DNA of 64,000 nucleotides from a virus (taxonomy: Duplodnaviria; Caudoviricetes). Positions 10,544 to 20,233 of the stretch are shown piece by piece; the stretch's first letter is position 1, and each line of letters opens with the position of its first letter. A model generated the notes under the pieces. The model did not search any database and was not told the origin of the DNA. It was given only the letters and a program-made list of their open reading frames with translations. The position numbers and the translations under genes are program-made. The stretch spans positions 96,001-160,000 of IMG/VR virus record IMGVR_UViG_3300020577_007160. One strand, written 5' to 3'.

Positions 10544-11033
10544 CTAAATTAATTCAAAATCATAAGAATTATGATAATTCAATGGATTTTTTACAACATG
10601 TTTCATCCAACTATCTCCTGAAGTATAATTATCAGCATTGGCTCTCCAAAAAATCTGAGAATATCCATCATCATAATTTAGATAAAAGGATAAACCAGTA
10701 TTATCAAGAATTATAGTACACATTTTATTTTCCAATGAATCTTCTTCAAGATCTAATTTTTCGATTATTATTTGTTCTAATATGGAAGAGATTTTAACAT
10801 AACCGATATAAGGTTCTTGTGGTTCTCTTTTCATTTTAGTAATTCTCTCCGCACCTTCAAAAGTTCCCCAATCTTCTGGAGTAAACCTTTTGAGTTTAAT
10901 ACCATTGGAATATCTCAATACTGGAGGGCAATCGTAATTGTGTTCTTTCAAAGAACCCTTACTCTCTATGATTCTTTCTAATTTTTGAATCCGTTCAGAG
11001 AGAGAGTTTTGAACTTGTTCTTCTGTTGAGCAT
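10544..11033 (-). CDS. Leader-bearing hypothetical protein, frameshifted at (CT)5-GA
   Basis: ATG 11033 gives MLNRRTSSKLSL* (TGA 10995-10997); shifted frame continues SERIQKLERIIESKGSLKEH... into ORF 10544..10951. Confidence 0.6.
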
Positions 11034-11076
11034 TTTACGTCCTTTTATTTAAAATTGTATTAAAACTATATAACTG

Positions 11077-14000
11077 TTATCGTGGCAAAGTTTCCAAACC
11101 GTACTGACGACCTTGTTCTCGACGAATAATGGTCTTGATTTCTTCTAATAATTTCTTCGCATCATAATTCGGATTAACAGAATTTATTTGAATTGACCCT
11201 GCATTGAAATTAATTGTAACAGAATTCGATGAAGAAGTATTTTTAGGACTCTTTTCTTCAGACAAACCAACAGTCTTACGAACCCCAAAAACAGTATCTG
11301 TGGGTTCAAAAAATACGGGTTCTTGTCCTGGACGCACGACGAAGTCCTTACCAGGATTAGCGGCTGACCCACGCTTGATGGATTCAGGTTCTACTGGCTC
11401 TTTTTTATTCGTAGATTTTATGAAATTATCAAGAGTTTCTGGAGTATCTTTCTTCTGTTTTTTATCTGAAATTTTAACAAACTTATCAAGATTATCTATT
11501 GATGGCTTTTCTTCCTTTTCCTTAGGAATTGCCTTCACAACTTTATTGATAGTCTCTGATATTCCTTTATTCTTATTCTCTGAAACAGAACCTTTTTCTG
11601 GTACAAAATTTGTTATTTCTTTTATTGGTTCTTTCTTCTTAGAATCCGGAGTTTCTTTGGTGGTAGTTGCGAGTTTATTTAATTCTTTCGTGGGTTCTTT
11701 TTTAGTTACAGTATCTCGATTTTCTTTCTTGTAAGAATCCGGAATAAACTTATCCATTTTCTGGGACATGGGTTCATTTGAATTCTTAATAGAAGCCAAT
11801 AATTCATCAAATTTTGGATTGGCGAATCCAATGAATTTCAAAGATTTTCCTTTATCAAATGTCCCCATACTATTTGGGAAAGTATTTCGACTGACTTTCA
11901 CGCCTTCCCTGCCTTCCCCGTCAGTGCCAGTATTTCCTTCTACTGTAGTAAATTTGCCTCCTGCCACGCTGTCTACGAGTCCTAAGTGTCCTGAGCCAAA
12001 GGAATTCTGCTTCATGAAATCTTCAAGATTATCTACTGATTTGTCCTTGCCCCATGCTACCAGTGCTCCAGGTTTTGGATTGGTCTTGCTCAATTCAAAA
12101 TATCCGGATTTTCCAGCATTGGCTAAAGTTTCTTGAGCATTGAAACTGAACACATTTTTTATCTTACTCCATACGTCAGGTAGGGACGAAAATATACCCG
12201 AATATGTTGTTTTGGCGAAAGCAGCACACCATGCCAGACCTTCACGGATTTGATCATCAGCGAGTTTCGAAATTGAATCTGAAGAATATCCAGCATATTT
12301 CTTCATCATTTTATTGAAGTTTTCATTTTCAAAACCAAGATTCCCCACTGATACTTTTTTATCGGAAGCTAATTCTGCTATTCCTTTTTCTTCTGCTTCC
12401 TTTTTTGTGAGTAGAAGATTGTTACCTTTTTTATCTGTGATATATTTTCCAGATTTGTCTTTCGCATAATATCCCTGAACTTCTTTCGATACTTCTTTTT
12501 GACCAATGAATTGTTGTGCAAAAGAAGTTAAACTACTGGTAATATTTTCTGGAGTATAATTCTTGGGTAAAAATTCTGCAACATCTTTGATTTCGTCACT
12601 TCCTGCAATTGTTTTAGCAATGCCCGCTACTGGATTCATTCCTGACGTAACAGTATTGACTACTACGTCTTTCGCCAGCCCTACTCCGGCTCTTGCTGCA
12701 TCCATGATATTACCCTTCTTTATTGATTCAATAAATCCAGGTTTTTTACTTACAATTGCTTCATCCTTTTCATTCATAGGATATACTTCACCATTTTTAA
12801 CAATGGCATCATTCACCGCTGGTTTCACTGCGGAATCCTGAAACAGCTGATTCATAGATGCTAAATTTTCCTTCATTACTTCTCCTGTGGCAGAGGATAT
12901 CCAACCAACATATTCCATGGCAGATTTTTTCTGCAACGTTGCCGCTTCTTCACCTTCAGCTTTTTTGCGACTTAAATCACTTTTTGAAAGACTCTGAATA
13001 GCAGAAACCAACTTCATTATTTCATCTAATTTAGCAGTTTTCTCTACCCCATCCTTCATTTTCCGAATATCCGGTAACTGCTTATTGACGTCATATAATT
13101 TATTCTTCATGGTTTCAAATGCCATTGAATACGCAGAACCAGCTTCAATGCCATAATCCCCAAATGATTTCATCTCATCATTCAGGTTATTTACCATAGA
13201 ACTCAGATCAGTAGATTTAGATAAATCTGCGAAAGACGAACCAATGCTCGCAACAATTGACTGAGTTTTTTCTTTTACTCCGTCATCAATAATTAACTTG
13301 GAAATATTAACATTAGGTAATTTATTCAAGACATCAATAACCATGTTTACTGTTTTCTTGAACATTCGAATCATTGGATCAAAGAATCCGTCTCCAAATA
13401 TTAATTCTCCTAAATTAACCATTGAACCAAAACCACCTGATAATAACTGTCCGATTTTAGATGGAATTGAACCAAAGAAATTCATTATGGTATCAGGTAA
13501 ATTCTTTAAATTTGTCATTACCTGATCAGACGCTTCACTGAAAGCAGCACCAAATTTTCCAGGTAATTCTGAGAAGAACTTTGTGAAAGAATTCCAGGCA
13601 TCTTTAATCCAACCAACAATTGAACCAAGAATATTCCCTAACATTGTTGAAAATGTTTTCCACAGATTTTTCAAAGAATCCCAAATGTAGGTTCCAATTG
13701 AACTGAAAATATCAACTATTAACGTCCAAATTCTCCCAAATAATGATTTAACAAAATCCCATAATGCACCAAAGATATTTTTGATATTTTCCCAAGCACC
13801 TGAAAAATCTCCAGTAAAGAGATTTTTGAACATATCAAAAATATTACCAAATACATTCCCGATTAATGCTCCAATATCTTTGAACACGCCGACAACAAAA
13901 TCAATAACTCCACTCAGAATATTTTTTATGAGAGTTATTGCATCAGAAAATCCTTGAACTAAACCACCAAGAAAATTCATAAATGGATTATCAGAACCCA

Positions 14001-16548
14001 TCAAACTCGATGCAGCATCTGACAAAAATGAAGAGATCCAGGTAAGAACTGAATTGAAAGCATTCTTAAAAGTATCCCCAATGAAGCTACCAATTGTATC
14101 AAAAATATCAAATATTTTTCCACCAGCATCCATGAAATCCCCAGAAAACAACGAAGAAAAGAATTCTCCGATTTTTCCAATGATATCCCCTGCTGCGGTG
14201 ACTGCACCTTGCAGTACGGAAATGATAGAATCCCATCCTATTTTCAAGCCAATCAAAACATTCCCCAACCATTTTAAAAATGGATTATCGGATTTCAATA
14301 ATTTATCAGCTATGCCACCAATCCAATCAGATATCCATTTCCCCAATAATCCAAGACCTTCTGATAACATTTTCCCTAATTCTGGACCAATATAAGCTAA
14401 TTGTTCTGCTACCCAAACTAAGGCATCCCAGAGCATTGATGCCAGTCGTGGAGTCCAATCAATGATTATCTGAATAGCACCAATTAATAATTTCTTCAGT
14501 ATTGGTACAATCATTTTCAACAAGCCACCAAGAGTTTTCAATAACTCAGGAAATAATGCCTGAACTTTTGCTCCAAGAGTCTTGGCAAAATTGACAATTG
14601 AATCAATGATTTTTCCTGCAGCAGCAACGACTGCTGGAATTAATTTTGGTAACTGAGAATTGAACCATTTGAAAAATCCAGTAATCAGGTCAAATGCCTT
14701 ACCTACGAATCCAGTTATTCCATCAATCAACATCGAAATTATATCTCCAAGATCTGTCACTCCTCCTGCCAGATCCCCTTTGAATAATTTCTTTATCATT
14801 GAACCAATTTTTTGACCAATGAATCCAAGGATAAATATTATAGGATAAAATATATCTCGAATTTTACCAACAATTGATTTGAAGAACTCCGTAGCACCAC
14901 CCATAGATCCTGAGACGTTCCCTAGCAACCCCCCAATGAACTTGATGACAGTTCCCATCATCGAACCGATTGCCTGCCCTACTGCTAAAATCGAGTCCTT
15001 ATTGGCTTCTATTGTATTAAATATATTTGTTAAAACATCTTGCATTGCACGGAATGCACCCGAACCCGAAATGGTTTGTTGTAATTTTTCAAAGAATCCA
15101 GATATTGAAGCAATCTGACCTTCAGTTGAGTTCTTCATCCTATCAGCATTTCCTGAGTATTGCTTGTCAAGAAAATCTGCTGTTTTTTGCATACGTTCCT
15201 GGTAGGTGCTCGCACCTGCTAATGCTTCCTGCAGTGCTGCTGGATCAATGGTGTTCCCGAAGGACTCCGTGAATGATTGAAAATCCCCACCTTTCGCCAA
15301 CGCAGTCATTGCGGACATAGTGGATTGAAGGTCTTTTCCTGGACCAGTGGCAGCGTTGAGAACTCCTTTGAAATTAACTTTATCTACGCTCAAACCCATT
15401 TCCCCCAATTCAGTGGTATAGGATTCAAGATCGTCTTTTGCTAATCCATATTGCTGGGACATATCATTGATAAATCCGGTTGCTTTTTTAGCATAGTCAG
15501 AACTACCAAAACGATTTGTCATTTTGACAGTCATTTTTTCTAATTCCTGACCAGATTTCCAAGCAGATTCGAATGCCTCTTTGATGGAGTATATTCCCCC
15601 TGCTGCACCACCAATGGCTGCTAACGGAGGAATAAGATTTGTCAAATTGAATGCTTGATCTTTTATTGTTGAGGAAACATTCTTAAATCCTGATACCATT
15701 TTACCAGAAAGATCCTGCATATTCTTAGAAATATTAGAGAGTCCTCTGCCAGCCATTTGAGCAGAAGACAATAATCCTCCTGGAATCGTTGAAAGTCCCC
15801 TGCCTAGGGATTGTGCTGTCCCCCCAATTTTCGACAAACCTGACCCAAATACGCTGCCAAAATTTGATGCTTTCTTTTGATTCTCCGTGATTTCATTTCC
15901 CATTTGAGCCAATGACAAGACTCCATTATCAAATTCATCATTCATTCTTCCTGTTTGAGCAACAACACTATCCAAAGATGAATTTAAATTATTGAGTATA
16001 TCTTCTTGTTCCTGGTTAAAATTTTGAAGACCATTATTCAGATAATCAAATCCTGCGAAGTCTTCCATGTCCTGACTCATGGAATTTACAAATTGAGACT
16101 TTGGATTATAAGCAGTGAAATCATCCAGATCATTCATAGATTCTTGTAAAGATTTTTTAATATCTTTTTGATTCTTTGAATTTAATCTATTGGCTACTTC
16201 TCCTGTTCGAGCAAAATCCGTGAATGTTTTTCCAGATTCTTTTAATTTCTTATTATACTTAGTTTGTTCTGTTTGAGAATTTTTTAATGTTTTATTAAAA
16301 TCTTCTATTTTCTTTTTATTTTTATAATGTGTAGAATATTTTTTATTTAAACCATCATATCCATGTCCAACATCATCCAAACTTTTTTTAAGATTTGAAT
16401 CAAATGTTCCAGTTGTAGTACCGAGATCTTTAACTTTTCCTATCCAATTTTGGATAGATGCAGTTATGCTCTGGATTGTTTTATTAGCAGAATCCAGAGT
16501 AGCAACATCAACACTAAAACCTAAATCTATTTTATTTGGATCTTTCAT
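11077..16548 (-). CDS. Tape measure protein with C-terminal CHAP-type peptidoglycan hydrolase domain
   Basis: 1823 aa, G/A-rich amphipathic W/F-periodic repeats; AWCAAF...GHLGLV...TVEGNT CHAP motif. Confidence 0.9.
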   Translation of the reverse strand: MKDPNKIDLGFSVDVATLDSANKTIQSITASIQNWIGKVKDLGTTTGTFDSNLKKSLDDVGHGYDGLNKKYSTHYKNKKKIEDFNKTLKNSQTEQTKYNKKLKESGKTFTDFARTGEVANRLNSKNQKDIKKSLQESMNDLDDFTAYNPKSQFVNSMSQDMEDFAGFDYLNNGLQNFNQEQEDILNNLNSSLDSVVAQTGRMNDEFDNGVLSLAQMGNEITENQKKASNFGSVFGSGLSKIGGTAQSLGRGLSTIPGGLLSSAQMAGRGLSNISKNMQDLSGKMVSGFKNVSSTIKDQAFNLTNLIPPLAAIGGAAGGIYSIKEAFESAWKSGQELEKMTVKMTNRFGSSDYAKKATGFINDMSQQYGLAKDDLESYTTELGEMGLSVDKVNFKGVLNAATGPGKDLQSTMSAMTALAKGGDFQSFTESFGNTIDPAALQEALAGASTYQERMQKTADFLDKQYSGNADRMKNSTEGQIASISGFFEKLQQTISGSGAFRAMQDVLTNIFNTIEANKDSILAVGQAIGSMMGTVIKFIGGLLGNVSGSMGGATEFFKSIVGKIRDIFYPIIFILGFIGQKIGSMIKKLFKGDLAGGVTDLGDIISMLIDGITGFVGKAFDLITGFFKWFNSQLPKLIPAVVAAAGKIIDSIVNFAKTLGAKVQALFPELLKTLGGLLKMIVPILKKLLIGAIQIIIDWTPRLASMLWDALVWVAEQLAYIGPELGKMLSEGLGLLGKWISDWIGGIADKLLKSDNPFLKWLGNVLIGLKIGWDSIISVLQGAVTAAGDIIGKIGEFFSSLFSGDFMDAGGKIFDIFDTIGSFIGDTFKNAFNSVLTWISSFLSDAASSLMGSDNPFMNFLGGLVQGFSDAITLIKNILSGVIDFVVGVFKDIGALIGNVFGNIFDMFKNLFTGDFSGAWENIKNIFGALWDFVKSLFGRIWTLIVDIFSSIGTYIWDSLKNLWKTFSTMLGNILGSIVGWIKDAWNSFTKFFSELPGKFGAAFSEASDQVMTNLKNLPDTIMNFFGSIPSKIGQLLSGGFGSMVNLGELIFGDGFFDPMIRMFKKTVNMVIDVLNKLPNVNISKLIIDDGVKEKTQSIVASIGSSFADLSKSTDLSSMVNNLNDEMKSFGDYGIEAGSAYSMAFETMKNKLYDVNKQLPDIRKMKDGVEKTAKLDEIMKLVSAIQSLSKSDLSRKKAEGEEAATLQKKSAMEYVGWISSATGEVMKENLASMNQLFQDSAVKPAVNDAIVKNGEVYPMNEKDEAIVSKKPGFIESIKKGNIMDAARAGVGLAKDVVVNTVTSGMNPVAGIAKTIAGSDEIKDVAEFLPKNYTPENITSSLTSFAQQFIGQKEVSKEVQGYYAKDKSGKYITDKKGNNLLLTKKEAEEKGIAELASDKKVSVGNLGFENENFNKMMKKYAGYSSDSISKLADDQIREGLAWCAAFAKTTYSGIFSSLPDVWSKIKNVFSFNAQETLANAGKSGYFELSKTNPKPGALVAWGKDKSVDNLEDFMKQNSFGSGHLGLVDSVAGGKFTTVEGNTGTDGEGREGVKVSRNTFPNSMGTFDKGKSLKFIGFANPKFDELLASIKNSNEPMSQKMDKFIPDSYKKENRDTVTKKEPTKELNKLATTTKETPDSKKKEPIKEITNFVPEKGSVSENKNKGISETINKVVKAIPKEKEEKPSIDNLDKFVKISDKKQKKDTPETLDNFIKSTNKKEPVEPESIKRGSAANPGKDFVVRPGQEPVFFEPTDTVFGVRKTVGLSEEKSPKNTSSSNSVTINFNAGSIQINSVNPNYDAKKLLEEIKTIIRREQGRQYGLETLPR

Positions 16549-16557
16549 TTTAGATTC

Positions 16558-17973
16558 TTAAACTGAAATATGCCTTTTAACATCACAAATTTCCATTACA
16601 TCTTCTGTTGTAAATTTTACAGAATTTCTTGAACAACTAAAATCCCGTCCAACCTTTGTTGGACATCCGTCTAAAGATGTTAATTTGTTTGTGCTACAAC
16701 TAAAATCCCCTCCAACTTTTACAGGGCATCCTTTTAATGTTTTTAAATTATTATTGGAACAATTAAATGTTCTCCCAATTTCCTTCGGACATCCTTTTAA
16801 GGATGTTAGATTATTGCTATAACAATTAAAATTTCCTCGTATTTTTTCTGGACATCCTTCTAAGGATTCTAATTTATTAAAAGAACAGTTAAAATTTTTA
16901 CCAACTTTTGTTGGAGATCCGTCTAAGGATGTTAGACTGTTGCTAGAACAATCAAATGTTCCTCCAACCTTTACTGAATATGCTTCTAAAGATATTAGTC
17001 TAACATTAAAAGAACATTCAAAATTTCCTCCAACTTCCTTTGGACTTCCGTCTAGTGACATTAATAAATTAGTATTACATTTAAAATCACCCCCAACTCT
17101 CGTTGGAGATCCGTCTAAGGATGTCAACTTGCTACCAGAACAATTAAAATTCCCAGTAACAGTTCCGAATCTGCCTATTTCAAGAATTGATTTTATATTG
17201 ATATTTGAAATATCAACATCCCCGTCAACATCTATTAATCCTTGAGAATTAATTTTGTATGTCCCTTTAATTCGAATTTCTAAATTTTCTTCTTTTGATA
17301 ATTCTTTTACTTTAAATAATTCTCTTGGTAAACCAACTTCTGAACACGGAATCTCATTATCTATAGCATCGTAACACTCTAGTCTTCCACTAGAATAAAC
17401 AGCTACTGCTATTTTGTATAATGGATTATCTGAGGACAGAGTTTTGTTGAAAACAAAATAAAATGTTGTGGATTCTTTTCTGTAACGTTTAAAATAATTT
17501 TTACTATCAGTAGCTGAAATACACCATTTTGTGTTTGAACCATATTGAATTGCTGCCTGTTCGTCTTTGATCAATAGGACAAGATATTTATCATTATTCA
17601 ATACTACTTCTGAACCTTTGTTCTTTATTAATTTTGTTTCTTCTGATTTTGACATTTTATCAGAATTAGAGTCTAAATATTCTTTAAATGAAGAATAAGT
17701 CTTAAATTGATTTATATCTTTGATATCAATTAGATTTTTAGATGAAAGTTTATCGAATAATTCAATATTTGATTTTAATTCTTCAAAATCTAGATCTTCA
17801 TTCTGAAGATAGAACTTACATATCTTTTCAATATATTTATAAGTTTTAGAAGTATCAATTGATATTAGTTCATCAAATACTTCAGAACCAATCTTATTTG
17901 AGTATAATTTTCTTGCATTCGCAAGAGACTCAAATAATTGGTTTTCTAATATTTGTATTCTTCTGAGTAGCAT
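16558..17973 (-). CDS. Leader + TKWC domain + LRR-like repeat protein, paralog 4 (8 repeats)
   Basis: Close paralog; lies between tail chaperone and tape measure. Confidence 0.8.
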   Translation of the reverse strand: MLLRRIQILENQLFESLANARKLYSNKIGSEVFDELISIDTSKTYKYIEKICKFYLQNEDLDFEELKSNIELFDKLSSKNLIDIKDINQFKTYSSFKEYLDSNSDKMSKSEETKLIKNKGSEVVLNNDKYLVLLIKDEQAAIQYGSNTKWCISATDSKNYFKRYRKESTTFYFVFNKTLSSDNPLYKIAVAVYSSGRLECYDAIDNEIPCSEVGLPRELFKVKELSKEENLEIRIKGTYKINSQGLIDVDGDVDISNINIKSILEIGRFGTVTGNFNCSGSKLTSLDGSPTRVGGDFKCNTNLLMSLDGSPKEVGGNFECSFNVRLISLEAYSVKVGGTFDCSSNSLTSLDGSPTKVGKNFNCSFNKLESLEGCPEKIRGNFNCYSNNLTSLKGCPKEIGRTFNCSNNNLKTLKGCPVKVGGDFSCSTNKLTSLDGCPTKVGRDFSCSRNSVKFTTEDVMEICDVKRHISV

Positions 17974-18002
17974 TTTATACTGATGTTGTTTAAAATAAAA
18001 AT

Positions 18003-18023
18003 GGGGATTTGCAATAAATCCCC
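18003..18023 (-). terminator. Intrinsic terminator
   Basis: GGGGATTT-N5-AAATCCCC hairpin followed by T-rich tract on minus strand. Confidence 0.6.
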
Positions 18024-18061
18024 TATATGAATTGTTATTTTAACATTCTTTTATTTCAATT

Positions 18062-18247
18062 CTAGTTTGGTTTTTCTTCCCGATTCTGAAGTGCTTTATT
18101 GAAGAACCATTTAAATTCACTCAATGGGAGATCTAATGCTTCATTATAAAGAAAATGAATATCAGTTTTCAATAAGTAAATCATATCAAGAATTGGATAC
18201 TTGAAATAACCAAAGTAAGGATTTAGAGCAACTTGGAGGAAATACAT
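18062..18247 (-). CDS. Tail assembly chaperone C-terminal (-1 frame, GT-like) segment
   Basis: In -1 frame relative to 18271..19083 and open back to TTTTTTA at 18286-18292; YNEALDLPLSEFKWF is typical of GT-like extensions. Confidence 0.6.
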   Translation of the reverse strand: MYFLQVALNPYFGYFKYPILDMIYLLKTDIHFLYNEALDLPLSEFKWFFNKALQNREEKPN

Positions 18248-18270
18248 AAATCCATAATTATGTTTTTCTT

Positions 18271-19083
18271 CTAAGCTGCTATGAATAAAAAATTTGGTTC
18301 AATCGGAACAGAAATTTCTTTATCACAATACGTGCAAGATGCTTCTGTGAACAAACGATGACTTGGAAATTTATTGAATTCTCGAGAAACAATTTGCATA
18401 TCCCGAGCAGTCATTTCACTTATTAATTTTTCTCCAAACATTTTTCGGAGACTGTCAGGTAATTGTGTGCCATCTTCGGATTCGACTGAAACAAAACAAG
18501 AAGCAATTATTCGTTCCCCAAAGTCCGATTTAGCCGATGGAGAAAAATGTTTTTCATTTTTCAACATATCCCCTAAGGTTGGCATTCTGAACGTCATATA
18601 TTTCCAGACCTTACCTTTGAGACCAAGGTCTTCCATATTAGGTAAATTTATTTCTACACCATTGATGAGTTCAGCTAAAAATTCAGCATCTGGAGAAGGA
18701 CAGTCTTCTGGCAATTCAAGATCCTCTAAATTAATATCTAAAGATATTTCCTGTTGCCGTGCGCAGGAACAAACAGTTTTCAATCCTCGTATATCAGAAC
18801 TCAAATTGAAAACATGACCTGCTATCAACAAGTAAGAAACATCAATGAGAGATAAATTTTTAATTACATCTGGAAAATCACGACCAGTCATTGAACACGA
18901 TACTCCTCCAATATTATCCAATATTATTGAAAGAGTTTTAGCCAACCATCGTACTGGGTGTTCTTTACGATAATCATCATTGTTAATTTCTTTTAATTGA
19001 GCTACTTTCAAGGGTTTCAATTTAAAATCTTTGAGTAAAGTACCATTATTCAGTACTCCAACTCTGAGTTCATTTGTTATCAT
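18271..19083 (-). CDS. Tail assembly chaperone / baseplate hub assembly protein
   Basis: Between tube and tape measure; CxC and CxxC motifs, FRMPTLGD. Confidence 0.65.
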   Translation of the reverse strand: MITNELRVGVLNNGTLLKDFKLKPLKVAQLKEINNDDYRKEHPVRWLAKTLSIILDNIGGVSCSMTGRDFPDVIKNLSLIDVSYLLIAGHVFNLSSDIRGLKTVCSCARQQEISLDINLEDLELPEDCPSPDAEFLAELINGVEINLPNMEDLGLKGKVWKYMTFRMPTLGDMLKNEKHFSPSAKSDFGERIIASCFVSVESEDGTQLPDSLRKMFGEKLISEMTARDMQIVSREFNKFPSHRLFTEASCTYCDKEISVPIEPNFLFIAA

Positions 19084-19111
19084 TCGTTAAAATCCTTATG
19101 TTAAAATACTA

Positions 19112-19603
19112 TTAATAATCATTATCACCAAGCGTCTTAACTTGTTCTACTGACCAAAAATCACAGGAACAAGAATACGTCATTTCAATATTTGAAGCAG
19201 AAGAATTATCATAAGATGGGTATTGTTCTGATTTGAAACAGAGACCAACCAAATAATATTTCAATACTTCTTCCCCATGATGCCACTTCGTGGCAACAGC
19301 ATCAAATTTTTGACCTGACTTAATGAAAGTGTCTACCATTTCTCTCATTTTTTTATCATTGTCACTACCATCAGCAACACGAGAAAGAGTAACATCTTCA
19401 TAATTAATAATTCCACCATGGAATTTGTACTTCAGTCCTACCCCACCGTCAGTGACTTCTGTTGTTTCAACAGTGCGAGTCAATCCATCTAATTTTTGAA
19501 AATTGGGAAATTGCATTCCAGAATCAACAATTTCTAATGTGAAATTATTCGCTGTAAGCGGATGTCTTGGCTGTTCTTTTGGTCCAACTATCGGCTCTGC
19601 CAT
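19112..19603 (-). CDS. Tail tube protein (gp19-like)
   Basis: F.LEI...FQKLDGL, KYKFHGGIINYEDVTLSR pattern, 163 aa. Confidence 0.85.
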   Translation of the reverse strand: MAEPIVGPKEQPRHPLTANNFTLEIVDSGMQFPNFQKLDGLTRTVETTEVTDGGVGLKYKFHGGIINYEDVTLSRVADGSDNDKKMREMVDTFIKSGQKFDAVATKWHHGEEVLKYYLVGLCFKSEQYPSYDNSSASNIEMTYSCSCDFWSVEQVKTLGDNDY

Positions 19604-19902
19604 TTTTGTATTCCTTTATTTTTGTATAAAACATCTATATATTTTTCTGGATAACGTAAATACATAGGATCTGTATTTATCAAAGTATTTTCGAGTTGAC
19701 TAAATTGATTACGAGTTAGAATAAACATATCATATTTTTCATTAAATGCTGTATAACCAAATTGTTTGTCTATGTATTTTAATATAAAAGTTCGATCAGT
19801 TCTAAAATAGACATAATTAGAATTATAGATCGGAGTAGGAATACTGGATTCTTTTATCCCAAGTTTTCTTTCAAGAATTCTGATTCTTTGTTCAACGTTC
19901 AT
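19588..19902 (-). CDS. Leader-bearing hypothetical protein
   Basis: MNVEQRIRILERKLGIKES. Confidence 0.75.
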   Translation of the reverse strand: MNVEQRIRILERKLGIKESSIPTPIYNSNYVYFRTDRTFILKYIDKQFGYTAFNEKYDMFILTRNQFSQLENTLINTDPMYLRYPEKYIDVLYKNKGIQKWQSR

Positions 19903-20233
19903 AACTATATGAAATATATTTCTTATAATTCTGAAAAATTACATTTTCTAGTCTGTACATCAATGCATTTATTTCATCCCTATCAAGGGAATATTCATCC
20001 TGAAGATACTCTTTTATTTTAGATTCAGACCGTCTCAAGATAACATTATTCCATTTTCCATTTCTATCAATTATGTCAGAAATATAATATCCAGTAATTT
20101 CTTTATAATTATTTATAATTTCAAAAACAACTTGTTGAGTTTTTTGAAAACTAAGAATATTTTGTTCAGTTAATTTTCGTTGCTTTATTCCAAGTTTGTT
20201 CTCAAGAATTCTAATTCTTTGTTCGATATTCAT
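19892..20233 (-). CDS. Leader-bearing hypothetical protein
   Basis: MNIEQRIRILENKLGIKQRKLTEQ. Confidence 0.75.
   Translation of the reverse strand: MNIEQRIRILENKLGIKQRKLTEQNILSFQKTQQVVFEIINNYKEITGYYISDIIDRNGKWNNVILRRSESKIKEYLQDEYSLDRDEINALMYRLENVIFQNYKKYISYSYER

Noticed and set aside
10487-10997. TGA readthrough or stop-codon reassignment explaining the interrupted leaders
   Set aside because: The conserved motif continues in a different frame, not after the TGA, and long core genes are intact under the standard code.
16560-17250. ~63-bp periodic repeats as a CRISPR array
   Set aside because: Degenerate, in-frame coding repeats with no identical repeat/unique spacer structure and no cas genes.
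465-17973. Diversity-generating retroelement as source of LRR variation
   Set aside because: No reverse transcriptase in the window and no template/variable repeat pair differing only at adenines; differences look like ordinary divergence plus recombination.
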